From the sequence record OR455461.1: DNA of 64,000 nucleotides; one strand, given 5' to 3'. The notes below the pieces were generated by a model. The model was not told the origin of the DNA, did not search any database, and saw only the letters and a list, made by a program, of their open reading frames with translations. The stretch is from Staphylococcus phage AH12. Shown here one piece after another: positions 50,223 through 60,733 of this stretch. Every line of letters starts with the position of its first letter. The first letter of the stretch is position 1. Made by a program: the position numbers and the translations under genes.

Positions 50223-51069
50223 AACCTCTAATAATATCATCATCAGAAAGTTCTATTTTAGAACTTGCATCCATTTTATTTATTTCATCTGTATCTATTG
50301 TTTCTTTAATGAATTCTATTTTTAAATTCATTCCTAAAGAATTGATAACTGTTTCCATAGTCTTCCAAGTTAATTTTCCTTGTTTGATCATTTTATCTAA
50401 AGATGATTTTAGTTTACTTACTACATTAACTTCATCTGAATTCTTTTCTATCTCACCAAATAACATTTCAAATGTATAACCTTCATTACCTAATATTTCT
50501 AAGAAATCCACAAATTCTAGTATATATTCTTCATATAAAACATCTGGCATTAATTTAAATCCTAGTTTACCTGAAAATTTAGATGTCTTAGTTTTTCTTT
50601 TAGGATTATATAAAGTTAATTCATCTTTATCTTTAAATTCCTCTGAAACTAATGAAGCTTTATATCCAATTACTTCACAAATACTAATTAATGAATGTAT
50701 AGTAAATACTTTACTACTCTTCAATCTATACATAGTGTTTTTAAATGAATCGATTTCACCTTCACCATATACTTTAGCATATCTTTCAAAATATTCTTCG
50801 AAAGTCATTCCTTCTTTATCGCCTACAATATTTTCCATAAATTGAATTACCTTTTTACCTAAATAAGGTAATTTATCATATTCTTCTTTAGTAACAATTC
50901 CTTGTATACTACCATGATATTTTGAAGAATTTGATTGTTCTTCTTGATCTTCCATTTCATCATTTAATTCAGTATATCTGACATCTTTAAATACCGATTT
51001 AACATCAACTTCGTCTACATTAGATATAATTCTTTCTAATTCGTCTGAAACATCTCTATTGTTTTTCAT
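50221..51069 (-). CDS. hypothetical acidic protein
   Basis: The ORF encodes 282 aa. Confidence 0.45.
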   Translation of the reverse strand: MKNNRDVSDELERIISNVDEVDVKSVFKDVRYTELNDEMEDQEEQSNSSKYHGSIQGIVTKEEYDKLPYLGKKVIQFMENIVGDKEGMTFEEYFERYAKVYGEGEIDSFKNTMYRLKSSKVFTIHSLISICEVIGYKASLVSEEFKDKDELTLYNPKRKTKTSKFSGKLGFKLMPDVLYEEYILEFVDFLEILGNEGYTFEMLFGEIEKNSDEVNVVSKLKSSLDKMIKQGKLTWKTMETVINSLGMNLKIEFIKETIDTDEINKMDASSKIELSDDDIIRG

Positions 51070-51149
51070 TTACATAATCTCCTTACAGTATATAAAAAAT
51101 AAATATAATATTGGTATAATGTGAAATTAATCACATTATACCGTATTTA

Positions 51150-52355
51150 TTAAATTCCTAAATCATCATCTTTATCTAATTCTTTACTTTTACTTGTAAA
51201 TTTATCTAATAACGATTTTGATCTACCTTGGTCTTCTTCATTTTCTTCATTTACATTATTCGATAAGTCTTCCATAGATCCAGATTCTTTATTAACCTCT
51301 GCATCTTTAAACATTGTAGATTTATCAATTTGTCTATCTTCTTGTTGATTTTTAACTTCTGTTTTATCAGCAAAAGGTAAATCGTCATCAGTAATGTTAT
51401 TCGCTGCACCAAAAGGATTTTCTGGAGTACTTTGTTGTTGATTTTGAGGTGTATTATTTACATTGCCGAAAGGATTTGGATTTGATTGTTGCTGTTGTTG
51501 AGGTTGATTAAAATTACCAAATTGATTATTTGATTGTTGAGGAGCATTATTCTGTTGTTGATTAAATCCTCCATTATTATTACCAAAATTTCCAAAACCA
51601 TTATTTTGTTGATTAAATCCACCTGAGTTATTTTGTTGTCTTGGAGCGTTATTATATGAAGCTTTCTCATCCATATGGTGATTAGACATATCAGTTGGTA
51701 AACCTTGAGCTCTTAGTAATCCTTTAAGTAATTGATTATTCTCAATTTCTTTAGCTTGCATTTCAGCTTGTACACATTGATTTCTAAATGTTAAAGGATC
51801 ATTAGTAATTCTAACTAATAAATTAACTAAATTAATAAAAGCATTTGCTGAAATGAAATCATATTTATTATTATCATTTACAATAATAGCAAAACCGATT
51901 TCAGTTGAATTAGTACGTTTATTAACAATTGTAGTTGGAGCGAAAGCAATACCTTTACCTGAAACTAAGCTAGGTGATTGCCAAATATGATTTTGATACT
52001 CAGCAGTTACTTGATTATTTTGGAAAATACTATTAAAGTTTTCACCAATACTCTTGTAAGTAGCTTTTAAGAAATTATTAAATTCTTGTAAGTGTGGATA
52101 ACTAATTAATACATCCTCTGAAATAGGTGCTTGACCTTGTTGGAATTTACTGTAAGAGAATGAAATATAATGGTTGCCGTTATTTTCAATTTCACTTAAA
52201 AATGGAATATTGTTATACTGACTTGATTTATAAGTATTGATATATTCACCATTAATAGCATTACCAGTGTTTTTATTCTTTCTAGCAAATAGTGTGTAAA
52301 TTGAAACTGAAACATTTTGTCCTCGGTATAGATGGTCTTTGAAATTTGTTAACAT
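51150..52355 (-). CDS. possible single-stranded DNA-binding protein: Q/N/G-rich linker followed by SSB-tail-like DDDLPF motif
   Basis: 'GGFNQQNNGFGNFGNNNGGFNQQQNN...' is followed by 'ITDDDLPFADK', comparable to the bacterial SSB C-terminus DDDIPF. An extra extension of about 60 aa follows. Confidence 0.35.
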   Translation of the reverse strand: MLTNFKDHLYRGQNVSVSIYTLFARKNKNTGNAINGEYINTYKSSQYNNIPFLSEIENNGNHYISFSYSKFQQGQAPISEDVLISYPHLQEFNNFLKATYKSIGENFNSIFQNNQVTAEYQNHIWQSPSLVSGKGIAFAPTTIVNKRTNSTEIGFAIIVNDNNKYDFISANAFINLVNLLVRITNDPLTFRNQCVQAEMQAKEIENNQLLKGLLRAQGLPTDMSNHHMDEKASYNNAPRQQNNSGGFNQQNNGFGNFGNNNGGFNQQQNNAPQQSNNQFGNFNQPQQQQQSNPNPFGNVNNTPQNQQQSTPENPFGAANNITDDDLPFADKTEVKNQQEDRQIDKSTMFKDAEVNKESGSMEDLSNNVNEENEEDQGRSKSLLDKFTSKSKELDKDDDLGI

Positions 52356-52387
52356 AATAAAATCTCTCCTAATAAAATAATTTTTGT

Positions 52388-52415
52388 ATTACTACTTTTA
52401 TATAATATATATTTA
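52388..52415 (-). promoter_or_regulatory. same upstream motif, about 40 nt upstream of the SSB-like gene
   Basis: The motif is recorded under the 25836-25860 feature. Confidence 0.35.
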
Positions 52416-52420
52416 AAATT

Positions 52421-53029
52421 TTAGTCTAAAATTTTTGCTTTCTTAATGAATGACAATAATAATGATGCAATTGATAATGATGAATCAGTCATAGATTCAT
52501 TTGTTCCCATTAATTCTTCTGCATAAGAATAATCGCCATCTTTAATACTAGACATTCTTACTACTGATTTCACATCAATAGGTTGGAAATCAATGTATGA
52601 AGGAAATTCATAAGTGTTATCTGAAGATCCACCGTATACCAATTCAATTAATTGACTCCATAAAGTTATTTCATCTATCCAGAAAACTAATTTATCTGCA
52701 TATTCAGAAAGTCCTTCAAAATAATCTCTAATACGTTGAACTTGAATAACCGTATCATCTTTAACTAATCTCAAGTTATAATCATCTAATGTTTTATCAA
52801 TCTTAGTATAGCTAGACAATTGACCTTTTTCATATGCATCTTTAAGCATTTCATTCTTAAATACTTCATTTAGATCTATATCTGAGAACTCTAAATACAA
52901 GTCTTTAAATTTAGGACTATCTACCATGAATGTCATATTGATAAATTCAGTATTAGTTTTAGGTGAAGTAGTTACCGCTGAAACTATTACATTTAACGCT
53001 GGCAATTTTTCTTCAATATATTCTATCAA
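52421..53029 (-). CDS. hypothetical protein
   Basis: The ORF encodes 202 aa. Confidence 0.4.
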   Translation of the reverse strand: MIEYIEEKLPALNVIVSAVTTSPKTNTEFINMTFMVDSPKFKDLYLEFSDIDLNEVFKNEMLKDAYEKGQLSSYTKIDKTLDDYNLRLVKDDTVIQVQRIRDYFEGLSEYADKLVFWIDEITLWSQLIELVYGGSSDNTYEFPSYIDFQPIDVKSVVRMSSIKDGDYSYAEELMGTNESMTDSSLSIASLLLSFIKKAKILD

Positions 53030-53031
53030 TC

Positions 53032-53745
53032 TTATAACCTACCTTCATATTTAATGTAAAATTCAAAACCATATTCATTTTTAAAATACTGTAAGAAATC
53101 ATTTATCTTATTCATAATGAAATCTTTATTAGCAAATCTGAAGTCATATTTACTAATTGTATCTTTTTCTTTTTGAAGAGAGTTTAATTCTTTATTATTC
53201 TTATCCAATAACTCTTCATTACTAGATATTCTCTCTTTTAATTCATTTACTTCTTTTTTAAGTTTAAATGAATTATTCATACCTACTAGATTTAATAATG
53301 CATTAGATAAAGAACCTAGTTTAATTTTTTCATCTAGTTCATTATTTTTATCTTCTAATTCTCTATTATATTTTTTATTATTTCTATTCATAGTTGCAAT
53401 AGCATTTTTTCTGGTATCTATTTTATTTTCTAATATATTTATTTGATTATTAATTGATTCTTTTAAAAAATCAATATTCTCTTCTAAGCTATATAAGAAT
53501 ATAATACCTTCATAAATATCAAATTCAATAAATTTGTTCAAGATTAAAAGAGATATATTATTTTTATTCTCAACTATATCAAAATTAGATTTAATATTTT
53601 TAATAATAGATGATTTAAAACTAGTGTGGTTAATTTTAAATATCTCATCTGACAAAAAGTTATTAATATCTTTTCTTACATTTATAAATAATTCGTTGAG
53701 GTATTGATAATTATCAATTGCCTCTTTACGAGATATATGTGACAC
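53032..53745 (-). CDS. hypothetical coiled-coil protein
   Basis: The ORF encodes 237 aa, and its stop is adjacent to the start of the next ORF. Confidence 0.4.
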   Translation of the reverse strand: MSHISRKEAIDNYQYLNELFINVRKDINNFLSDEIFKINHTSFKSSIIKNIKSNFDIVENKNNISLLILNKFIEFDIYEGIIFLYSLEENIDFLKESINNQINILENKIDTRKNAIATMNRNNKKYNRELEDKNNELDEKIKLGSLSNALLNLVGMNNSFKLKKEVNELKERISSNEELLDKNNKELNSLQKEKDTISKYDFRFANKDFIMNKINDFLQYFKNEYGFEFYIKYEGRL

Positions 53746-53765
53746 AATACCTCAACTACCTTTCC

Positions 53766-55322
53766 TTATTTTAACTTAAAATCAGTAACGTTTAAAGCCT
53801 TTTTCTTAAATACATTTTTTAATCTATTATTAGCTTGTGTTACTAGTTTTTTAAATCCATGATCGACAAAATCAAAATACATCAATTTTTCATTTTCAAT
53901 ATAGCGTAATCTTCCCATTATCTGTATAACTTTACTTTCAGATGATAATGGAACTGTATTAATGACAGCTTTGAGACCAGGTATATCTATACCTGTTCCT
54001 AAAGATAAATCTGTAGTAATTATTAGATTAGATTCTAATACTTTAGATTTTTCTTCTTTATCAATTCCATCATAGTAGCGAATACAGTTTAGAAATTCTA
54101 ATCCTTCTTTACCTAATTTTTCTTCTAAATAGTAATAAAACTCATCTATCATATTTTTCAATTTAAACATAACGACAGTTTTTCTTATTTCTTTTTTCAT
54201 AATAACTTCATTAATGATATTAAATATCATATCAAAATATTCATCTTTTCTCTTATCTTTATCTATAAGATATTTACTGTAATGATTTATATTAAGACCA
54301 TTTCTTCTTGATGCTGAAACAAAATCAGCTAGTTCTGTTTCACTAGGTTCACTATTGTAGCGTATAATGAACACATCATGATATTTAGATGGTATCTTTC
54401 TATTAGAAGCTATTTGTCTATCATAATTATCTGATCTAAACATTGGTACGTTAAGGAATATATTACTGAATACCATATTCTCTGATTTATCAGATCTTTC
54501 AGGAGTTGCAGAAAGATATATAGATGGTAAATCTGTTTGTATATCTATATTTGTTAAACTTCTAAAGTCTAAATGTGCTTCATCAAATATTTTAATAGAT
54601 ACTTTAGTTTTAAATATTAGTTCTTGTAATTTTTCAATGTCGTCTTCTATAAATGAATTTAATGTCTTATACATAACTATATAGAAATCTATTTTACTAC
54701 GTTCATCAGACTTCATTTTAAATAATTTATTAATACTTGATTTACCTTGAATAATATATATTCTTTCGTCATCAATATTGGTATATTCTTTAATTTTATC
54801 AAACCATTGTTCTTTAAGTTTGTTATTATTAACAAATATCATAGGAACTAGCTGACGATCAATAACACTTTTTAAAGCACAAAAAGTTTTACCTTCACCA
54901 GTTTTAAGTGATAAAAATTTCTGGGTTGAAGCTTCATATATACTAAAAGCGTTTAAGAATTCAATAGATTTCTTTTGTAATAAATCTCTTGGTTTAAAAT
55001 TCATTTCCACATCATAATTCTTTTTAGGTTTAAAATATAAATTGTCTACTTTTCTAAAATCTTGAAAATCTACTTCTCCATGATTTTGTAATGACTGAAT
55101 TAATATCTTCATATTTATTCCAGCAGGAAATGATATAGTTTTCTCTTCCTCATTATATATGAAAGCTTTATAAGTATATTTAAAGTATATTTTATCCCAT
55201 ACAGATAGATACTTCTCTATTGCTGAGCAATATCCTAGTTCATAATTTTCAACAAGAATTCGTGTCGGATAAACCGACACTTTTATTTTTCTTGTCTTAT
55301 TTAAAACTACCATAAATTTCAA
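53766..55322 (-). CDS. SF2 DEAD/DEAH-box helicase
   Basis: Motif I is 'LKTGEGKT', motif II is 'IFDEAH' and motifs V/VI are 'ITTDLSLGTGIDIPGL'. Confidence 0.7.
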   Translation of the reverse strand: MKFMVVLNKTRKIKVSVYPTRILVENYELGYCSAIEKYLSVWDKIYFKYTYKAFIYNEEEKTISFPAGINMKILIQSLQNHGEVDFQDFRKVDNLYFKPKKNYDVEMNFKPRDLLQKKSIEFLNAFSIYEASTQKFLSLKTGEGKTFCALKSVIDRQLVPMIFVNNNKLKEQWFDKIKEYTNIDDERIYIIQGKSSINKLFKMKSDERSKIDFYIVMYKTLNSFIEDDIEKLQELIFKTKVSIKIFDEAHLDFRSLTNIDIQTDLPSIYLSATPERSDKSENMVFSNIFLNVPMFRSDNYDRQIASNRKIPSKYHDVFIIRYNSEPSETELADFVSASRRNGLNINHYSKYLIDKDKRKDEYFDMIFNIINEVIMKKEIRKTVVMFKLKNMIDEFYYYLEEKLGKEGLEFLNCIRYYDGIDKEEKSKVLESNLIITTDLSLGTGIDIPGLKAVINTVPLSSESKVIQIMGRLRYIENEKLMYFDFVDHGFKKLVTQANNRLKNVFKKKALNVTDFKLK

Positions 55323-55330
55323 CTACTTTC

Positions 55331-55789
55331 TTATTTATTAATTTCAATTGTAGAAGAAAATACATTATTAATTGTTTCAAAGATATCAGGTCCATCAGCT
55401 TTAAACATCCCTGAAAGATCAAATGTGGCATTTTCATCTTCTAAATTAACATATACAGGCATAGGACCAAATAAAATATCAGAAACCATATAGAATAAAC
55501 CTTCTTTGAATTGATTATTTTCTTCAGCTTTAATTAAAGTAATCTGTTGATCTTCTTCTTTATCTACAATAATATTTAATTTATAAATATCTTTAGAAGT
55601 AATACCATCTTTTGAATATTTTAAATAATCTTCAACATTTTCATTAATTAATTTAGTAATAGCAAAAGTACCTTTTTCTGAATTGAAAAAAGCATCTTTA
55701 ATCTCTTTTAAATATTTATCCTCTGTATTTAATTCAATTGTAACTTCTTTAGGGTATTCTAATTCTTTTAATTTAGTAACTTTCATCAT
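55331..55789 (-). CDS. hypothetical protein
   Basis: The ORF encodes 152 aa. Confidence 0.4.
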   Translation of the reverse strand: MMKVTKLKELEYPKEVTIELNTEDKYLKEIKDAFFNSEKGTFAITKLINENVEDYLKYSKDGITSKDIYKLNIIVDKEEDQQITLIKAEENNQFKEGLFYMVSDILFGPMPVYVNLEDENATFDLSGMFKADGPDIFETINNVFSSTIEINK

Positions 55790-55858
55790 ATTGAAAATTC
55801 TCCATTCTATATAATTTTAAAATTTTATATCTATCAGTTATTATGAATTTTTAATTTT

Positions 55859-56134
55859 TTACGAATTAATTTCTTTAATTATCTTTTTATTTAAATCTTC
55901 AAAATCATAAATAGCTTCAATAGAAAAACTATGTGAAGACACAGGTATATCATCTTTAGTTAATAAGAATGAAAGTACATATTTATCATCAATATCAGCA
56001 TCAGAAATTAAATATATATTTCGCTCACCATCGTCATTAATATTATCAAATACCACATTACAATTTTTAAATATCGCCTTCAATAATTTATCTTTATCAT
56101 AATGAAATTTCTCTAATAAGTTATCATTAGTCAT
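55859..56134 (-). CDS. hypothetical small protein
   Basis: The ORF encodes 91 aa. Confidence 0.35.
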   Translation of the reverse strand: MTNDNLLEKFHYDKDKLLKAIFKNCNVVFDNINDDGERNIYLISDADIDDKYVLSFLLTKDDIPVSSHSFSIEAIYDFEDLNKKIIKEINS

Positions 56135-56210
56135 ATTTAAATTCCTCCTTAGTAATTTTTATATAATATACCAAACTCTAAAGTTAATTAGAGTTTGGTT
56201 AAATCAATTG

Positions 56211-58127
56211 TTAAATATCAAAATCAAATAATGGATCGAACATAGATTCATTATCTTTACTGAAAAATCCATTAGTTTCATCTGTAGTAAGCTGAGCACG
56301 AACATTTTCAAATATCAGTGAATGTACTGGTGAAGGTGAATTTAATATAGAGTTACCTACATTACGTAAAGTAATTTTAGGATTAAATTCAGGATCTTTA
56401 TATTTCACTCTATCTTCATATATCGTATCATTCAAGAATACCATATTACGAATAATAGTCTCTACATGTACTGACATAACATCTGTACCTGACTTTAATA
56501 ATAGATCCATTACATCATTAAACATTCTTTGATAATCTTTTTCTTCATAATCATTCTTAATAAAATTACTTCTTTCTAATATAGAACGAATTTTTAGAAG
56601 TGGATCGGCTACACCTTCATTTTTAATTTTAATATTAAATAAGAAATTCTCTCCTAAATCTTTCATATTAAATACATAAGCATTTTCATCTTCATTGTAG
56701 AATTTTTCAATTGAATCAAATTTCTGATCTGGTATTCTAAGAATAACAGGTGATTTAACTTCATGTACCTTAGTACCTATTTTAAATTTAAATGATTTAG
56801 CTTTATATTTTCCATAATCAATATCTTCATTAATAATCATATCATCTATAATAACTTTAGTTTTCTCATCACGAGGAATAATATTATCTCCAGAGAATTC
56901 AAAGTGTTCATTAAATATATCTGGCCATGAAAATTCAGAAAGTTGAACAGCTTGAAGATGTTTTGTTGAAAGTAATTTCTGTGTCATAGGTTCTGTTAAC
57001 TGTAATGTAGCTATGATACCTACTGCTAAATTTCTATTAATATCATATAGTCTTCTTCCATAACACACTTGACATATTTTACCATTCGGTTCAGCACATG
57101 TTATAGGAGATCTTAATGGTACAATTTGACCTATTAAATGAACATCATTTCTACTATCAATTAATTTAAATTCTTGATCATTATCATCATAATAGTATCT
57201 ATCATTAATACGATCTAATTTTTCCTTACTATCTACATTGAAGTAAAGTAAATGCTTACTACCACAATCATGATTATCTGATAATTTTAAATCTGAAGTT
57301 AATAATGTAATCTTACGATTTAAATAACCTGATTCTCTAACTTTATTCTTAGAGTTCATTAAAGCATTTAAAGAAGATTCTGCATCAATAGCAAATTGAG
57401 TTGTATTCTTTAATCCACGCATAAATGAAGTATCAATAATATCAGTAACAACATCTCCACGAATATCAGGTTTAAATCCTACAAAACTTAATACCTCATT
57501 CAATTGTATTTTATTTATACCTGTTCCAGATTCTAAGAAAGTTTTATAATCATTTTCTTTATCCATCTTAATATGTTTAATAAGATTATCCATATTAGGT
57601 TTTTGAACTTCATTAATAATTTGTTGATACGTTAAATTAGGATCAATATCTTCATTATCAAAGTTAATTAATCTTTCAATTTCTTTATCTTCATTAGCTA
57701 ATCTCATAATATCATATAAAGATATAGAAGGTCCATCTACAGGAAGTATATATTCATTTGAGAATATAGTAAGTTCATCAATGATATAAGCTATTGATTG
57801 ACTGATTTTAATAGGGTCATGTCCTTCTTTAATAAAGTTCACTACAATTTTATCAAAATAATCATAGTAATCATTAATATTAGTTGGATTAACTAAATAC
57901 TCTTCTGTAAATTCCTTATTCATTTCTCTAAAAGGTTTTCCTAAAATTAATAATGTTAAATAATTACTTTTAGAAATATTATCTTCAAAGTAGTCACTCA
58001 TTCTGTCTTTAGGGTTATTAATAATATCCTGCTTTAATTCTTCTATTATTTTATAATAATTATCCGAATGTAAATAGTTATTATATTTACCCAATTTTAA
58101 ATCTAAAACTAACTTTTCTTCACTCAT
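56211..58127 (-). CDS. second RNA polymerase beta-prime-like subunit, C-terminal half (paralog of 31402-32956, intron-free)
   Basis: 'ESGYLNRKITLLTSDLKLSDNHDCGS' aligns to beta-prime '[25 protein letters not shown]'. 'CAEPNGKICQVCYGRRLYDINRNLAVGIIATLQLTEPMTQKLLSTKH' aligns to '[42 protein letters not shown]'. Confidence 0.7.
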   Translation of the reverse strand: MSEEKLVLDLKLGKYNNYLHSDNYYKIIEELKQDIINNPKDRMSDYFEDNISKSNYLTLLILGKPFREMNKEFTEEYLVNPTNINDYYDYFDKIVVNFIKEGHDPIKISQSIAYIIDELTIFSNEYILPVDGPSISLYDIMRLANEDKEIERLINFDNEDIDPNLTYQQIINEVQKPNMDNLIKHIKMDKENDYKTFLESGTGINKIQLNEVLSFVGFKPDIRGDVVTDIIDTSFMRGLKNTTQFAIDAESSLNALMNSKNKVRESGYLNRKITLLTSDLKLSDNHDCGSKHLLYFNVDSKEKLDRINDRYYYDDNDQEFKLIDSRNDVHLIGQIVPLRSPITCAEPNGKICQVCYGRRLYDINRNLAVGIIATLQLTEPMTQKLLSTKHLQAVQLSEFSWPDIFNEHFEFSGDNIIPRDEKTKVIIDDMIINEDIDYGKYKAKSFKFKIGTKVHEVKSPVILRIPDQKFDSIEKFYNEDENAYVFNMKDLGENFLFNIKIKNEGVADPLLKIRSILERSNFIKNDYEEKDYQRMFNDVMDLLLKSGTDVMSVHVETIIRNMVFLNDTIYEDRVKYKDPEFNPKITLRNVGNSILNSPSPVHSLIFENVRAQLTTDETNGFFSKDNESMFDPLFDFDI

Positions 58128-58233
58128 ATCCTAATCTCTCCTTAATTATAAATAAATCAAATATTGTTACATATTTATAATATATAATTGAATAATGGTT
58201 TGTAATAAACCATTATTCAATTATTTTTATATC

Positions 58234-60708
58234 TTAAAAACTACTATCATCATCTGCATTATCATCGGAACCAAATGAATTATCATCATCAGAACCAAAT
58301 GAATCATCTTCGGATTTTTTTGATAGATCCTCTTCTCTGTTATCTTTTTCTATATCTTTTTTAACATTCTCAATAATATTTTCAAATCTATCATAAGATA
58401 AATTAGACATAAACTCTTGAGTTACTAATTCTTTTCTAAATAATCTCTTAAGTTTATCATTTTCAGTCTCGTCTTCAGTTTCTGGAGTATATAAAGGAAC
58501 TAAGAAATCTAACATTTGTGTTACTGCACCAACTTCTTCATTTAAATTACCTAAATTTAAAAATACTGGTGGTGGGAAATATGCTTCTATTTCCGATATA
58601 GTTCCTAATAGTTCTTCATAATCTTTTTCATCACTAGTTTCCTTATTCTCTAAATAATATAAACGTCTTAATACTTTAGTAAAGAAATCTCCAAATGAAT
58701 TTTGATAGTTAACTACTTTTCTTACAAAACCATTATTTTGCATTGCTAATGATCTTGCATAATCAGTTTCAGCTTCTGAATCAATATAATTCAAAGGTAC
58801 TCCTGTACCTGAAATAACAGATTTCTTAAGCCATTCTAAGAACTCATCATTAATATCAATTTGAATACCTGAAATGGTATCTATTTCTAAAGGTGTATTA
58901 CCGTCTTTATTCTCAGGAATGTACATGTTCTCTAAATTACCTACTTGATTAAACATTGTTTGAACTGATGTTCCATCTCCAAACATACCAGAAGACATTT
59001 CACTAGATCTTACATTACGAATAACTTCCTCTACAGTTCCTTCATAATCATCATCTAATCCAGATTTAACTCTAAATACACGTCTATCTCTTGACTGATT
59101 TATTTTAACCATCATGGTAGTAATTAATGTACTTAAATATAATTTAGCAAAGAATAATGATTTATATAATCTTGAAACTCCATATGTCTTTTGACTATCA
59201 AGTTTATGATGTACAACTTCTTCAGGTTCTAAGTAAGTTAATTTAACACCATTTTCAATAATATAATTTTTACGTATTAAACGATATATAACATCTTTAA
59301 ATGAATCGTTCTTATTAACAAAATCCATATCAATTTTCTGAGCTATACCTTTAACCATTACATCTACAAGACCTTGATAAGCCATCAATGTATTACCATT
59401 TTCAAAGTAAGAACCTGATGTAGCATTCATTCCAGCATTTGGATTTTTAGAATTCGTGGTTGTTCCTCCCATAGCTGAATTACCTGTAACAGGATCTAAA
59501 TTAGTTATTCCCATTCCATTTGACATAGAACCCATTTGGGATTGTTTTTGATATCCATCTCCCATAATACCGTTCATAGCACTTAATAAAGGATTTGCTC
59601 CTCCTCTAATATCAGTACCAGAATCAGGTTCAATATAAAGATAACCAATACATAAACCATCTACTTCTAATTTAATCATATCTTCTGGATTAACATTTCG
59701 GAAATATGTAGTTCCACCTTTAATCTTTTTATCTTTGTTACTTCCTTGAGCTTTATCTAAGAAAGATTGAAGGTCATTTGAACCTTTATATTTACCAACA
59801 TCAGAAAGTAATTCAGAAGAATTTTTAAAGAATTCTACATTTTCATTAATACTCTTAAGAATCTCATTTTTAAAATTTTCTTTTTGTAATTTAACATTCT
59901 TTTCATCTTTATATATTGATCCTTCATCAATATGATTATTTAATTCCTTAAGTAAGATATCTAAATCTTCATTATTAATTTCTTCATCTAAAAATGATTC
60001 ATTAATAACTTTAGCATCATCAACAGAAGAACTTTCTCTACCTAAAACATCATCGTTCTCAGTAAGTATTTCTTCAAAATCTTTTCTAGTATCTTTAATA
60101 ATATAGAAAAGGTCACCTAACATTAATCCTTCTCTTACTGAAGGATATATTAATTTATTTAAATCATATTTTTCCACAATACGATCTAATTCTCTTTTAA
60201 CTTTTCTATTCTCTTCATTATTTTCATTAATGTCAGATTTATATCTATACATTAATGATAATTTACTAGTATCATCAGGAGCTATAATTGAAGTTGAGAA
60301 TACATCTATACTAGAAGAAATTTCTGGTATAAATTTATCTATAATACGATAATCGTCATATCTAGATATTCTAGCTACTTCAGTACTAAAATCTTGATCA
60401 TCAATATTCTCTTTAATAAAATCATTAACAAAGTTTTGTCTATCATCTTTAGATACAGTTTTATTCTTTCTACTGTTACTCATTTCTTTAGCAGTAACCT
60501 TAGCACCTAAAGATAATAAATCTCCACCATTGTCATCTCTATGACTAGTTTTTCTTCTTATATTAGGTAATCTTTTATTAAAATCGTTAATACTATTTCC
60601 TAGTATTTTAGGATTTTCTTCAGGATCTAAACTTTTAATAATGTCTTTATTTAAATTATTAAAAGAATTATTTATTTTATTATTTTCATCAGCCAAATTC
60701 CATTTCAT
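58234..60708 (-). CDS. hypothetical large protein (824 aa) with Gly/Asn/Met-rich segment and acidic C-terminal tandem repeat (SFGSDDDN)x2
   Basis: The function is not recognised. A DNA tandem repeat of about 42 bp lies at 58240-58300. Confidence 0.5.
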   Translation of the reverse strand: MKWNLADENNKINNSFNNLNKDIIKSLDPEENPKILGNSINDFNKRLPNIRRKTSHRDDNGGDLLSLGAKVTAKEMSNSRKNKTVSKDDRQNFVNDFIKENIDDQDFSTEVARISRYDDYRIIDKFIPEISSSIDVFSTSIIAPDDTSKLSLMYRYKSDINENNEENRKVKRELDRIVEKYDLNKLIYPSVREGLMLGDLFYIIKDTRKDFEEILTENDDVLGRESSSVDDAKVINESFLDEEINNEDLDILLKELNNHIDEGSIYKDEKNVKLQKENFKNEILKSINENVEFFKNSSELLSDVGKYKGSNDLQSFLDKAQGSNKDKKIKGGTTYFRNVNPEDMIKLEVDGLCIGYLYIEPDSGTDIRGGANPLLSAMNGIMGDGYQKQSQMGSMSNGMGITNLDPVTGNSAMGGTTTNSKNPNAGMNATSGSYFENGNTLMAYQGLVDVMVKGIAQKIDMDFVNKNDSFKDVIYRLIRKNYIIENGVKLTYLEPEEVVHHKLDSQKTYGVSRLYKSLFFAKLYLSTLITTMMVKINQSRDRRVFRVKSGLDDDYEGTVEEVIRNVRSSEMSSGMFGDGTSVQTMFNQVGNLENMYIPENKDGNTPLEIDTISGIQIDINDEFLEWLKKSVISGTGVPLNYIDSEAETDYARSLAMQNNGFVRKVVNYQNSFGDFFTKVLRRLYYLENKETSDEKDYEELLGTISEIEAYFPPPVFLNLGNLNEEVGAVTQMLDFLVPLYTPETEDETENDKLKRLFRKELVTQEFMSNLSYDRFENIIENVKKDIEKDNREEDLSKKSEDDSFGSDDDNSFGSDDNADDDSSF

Positions 60709-60733
60709 CTCCTTTTTAGAATTTTTCCTTATA

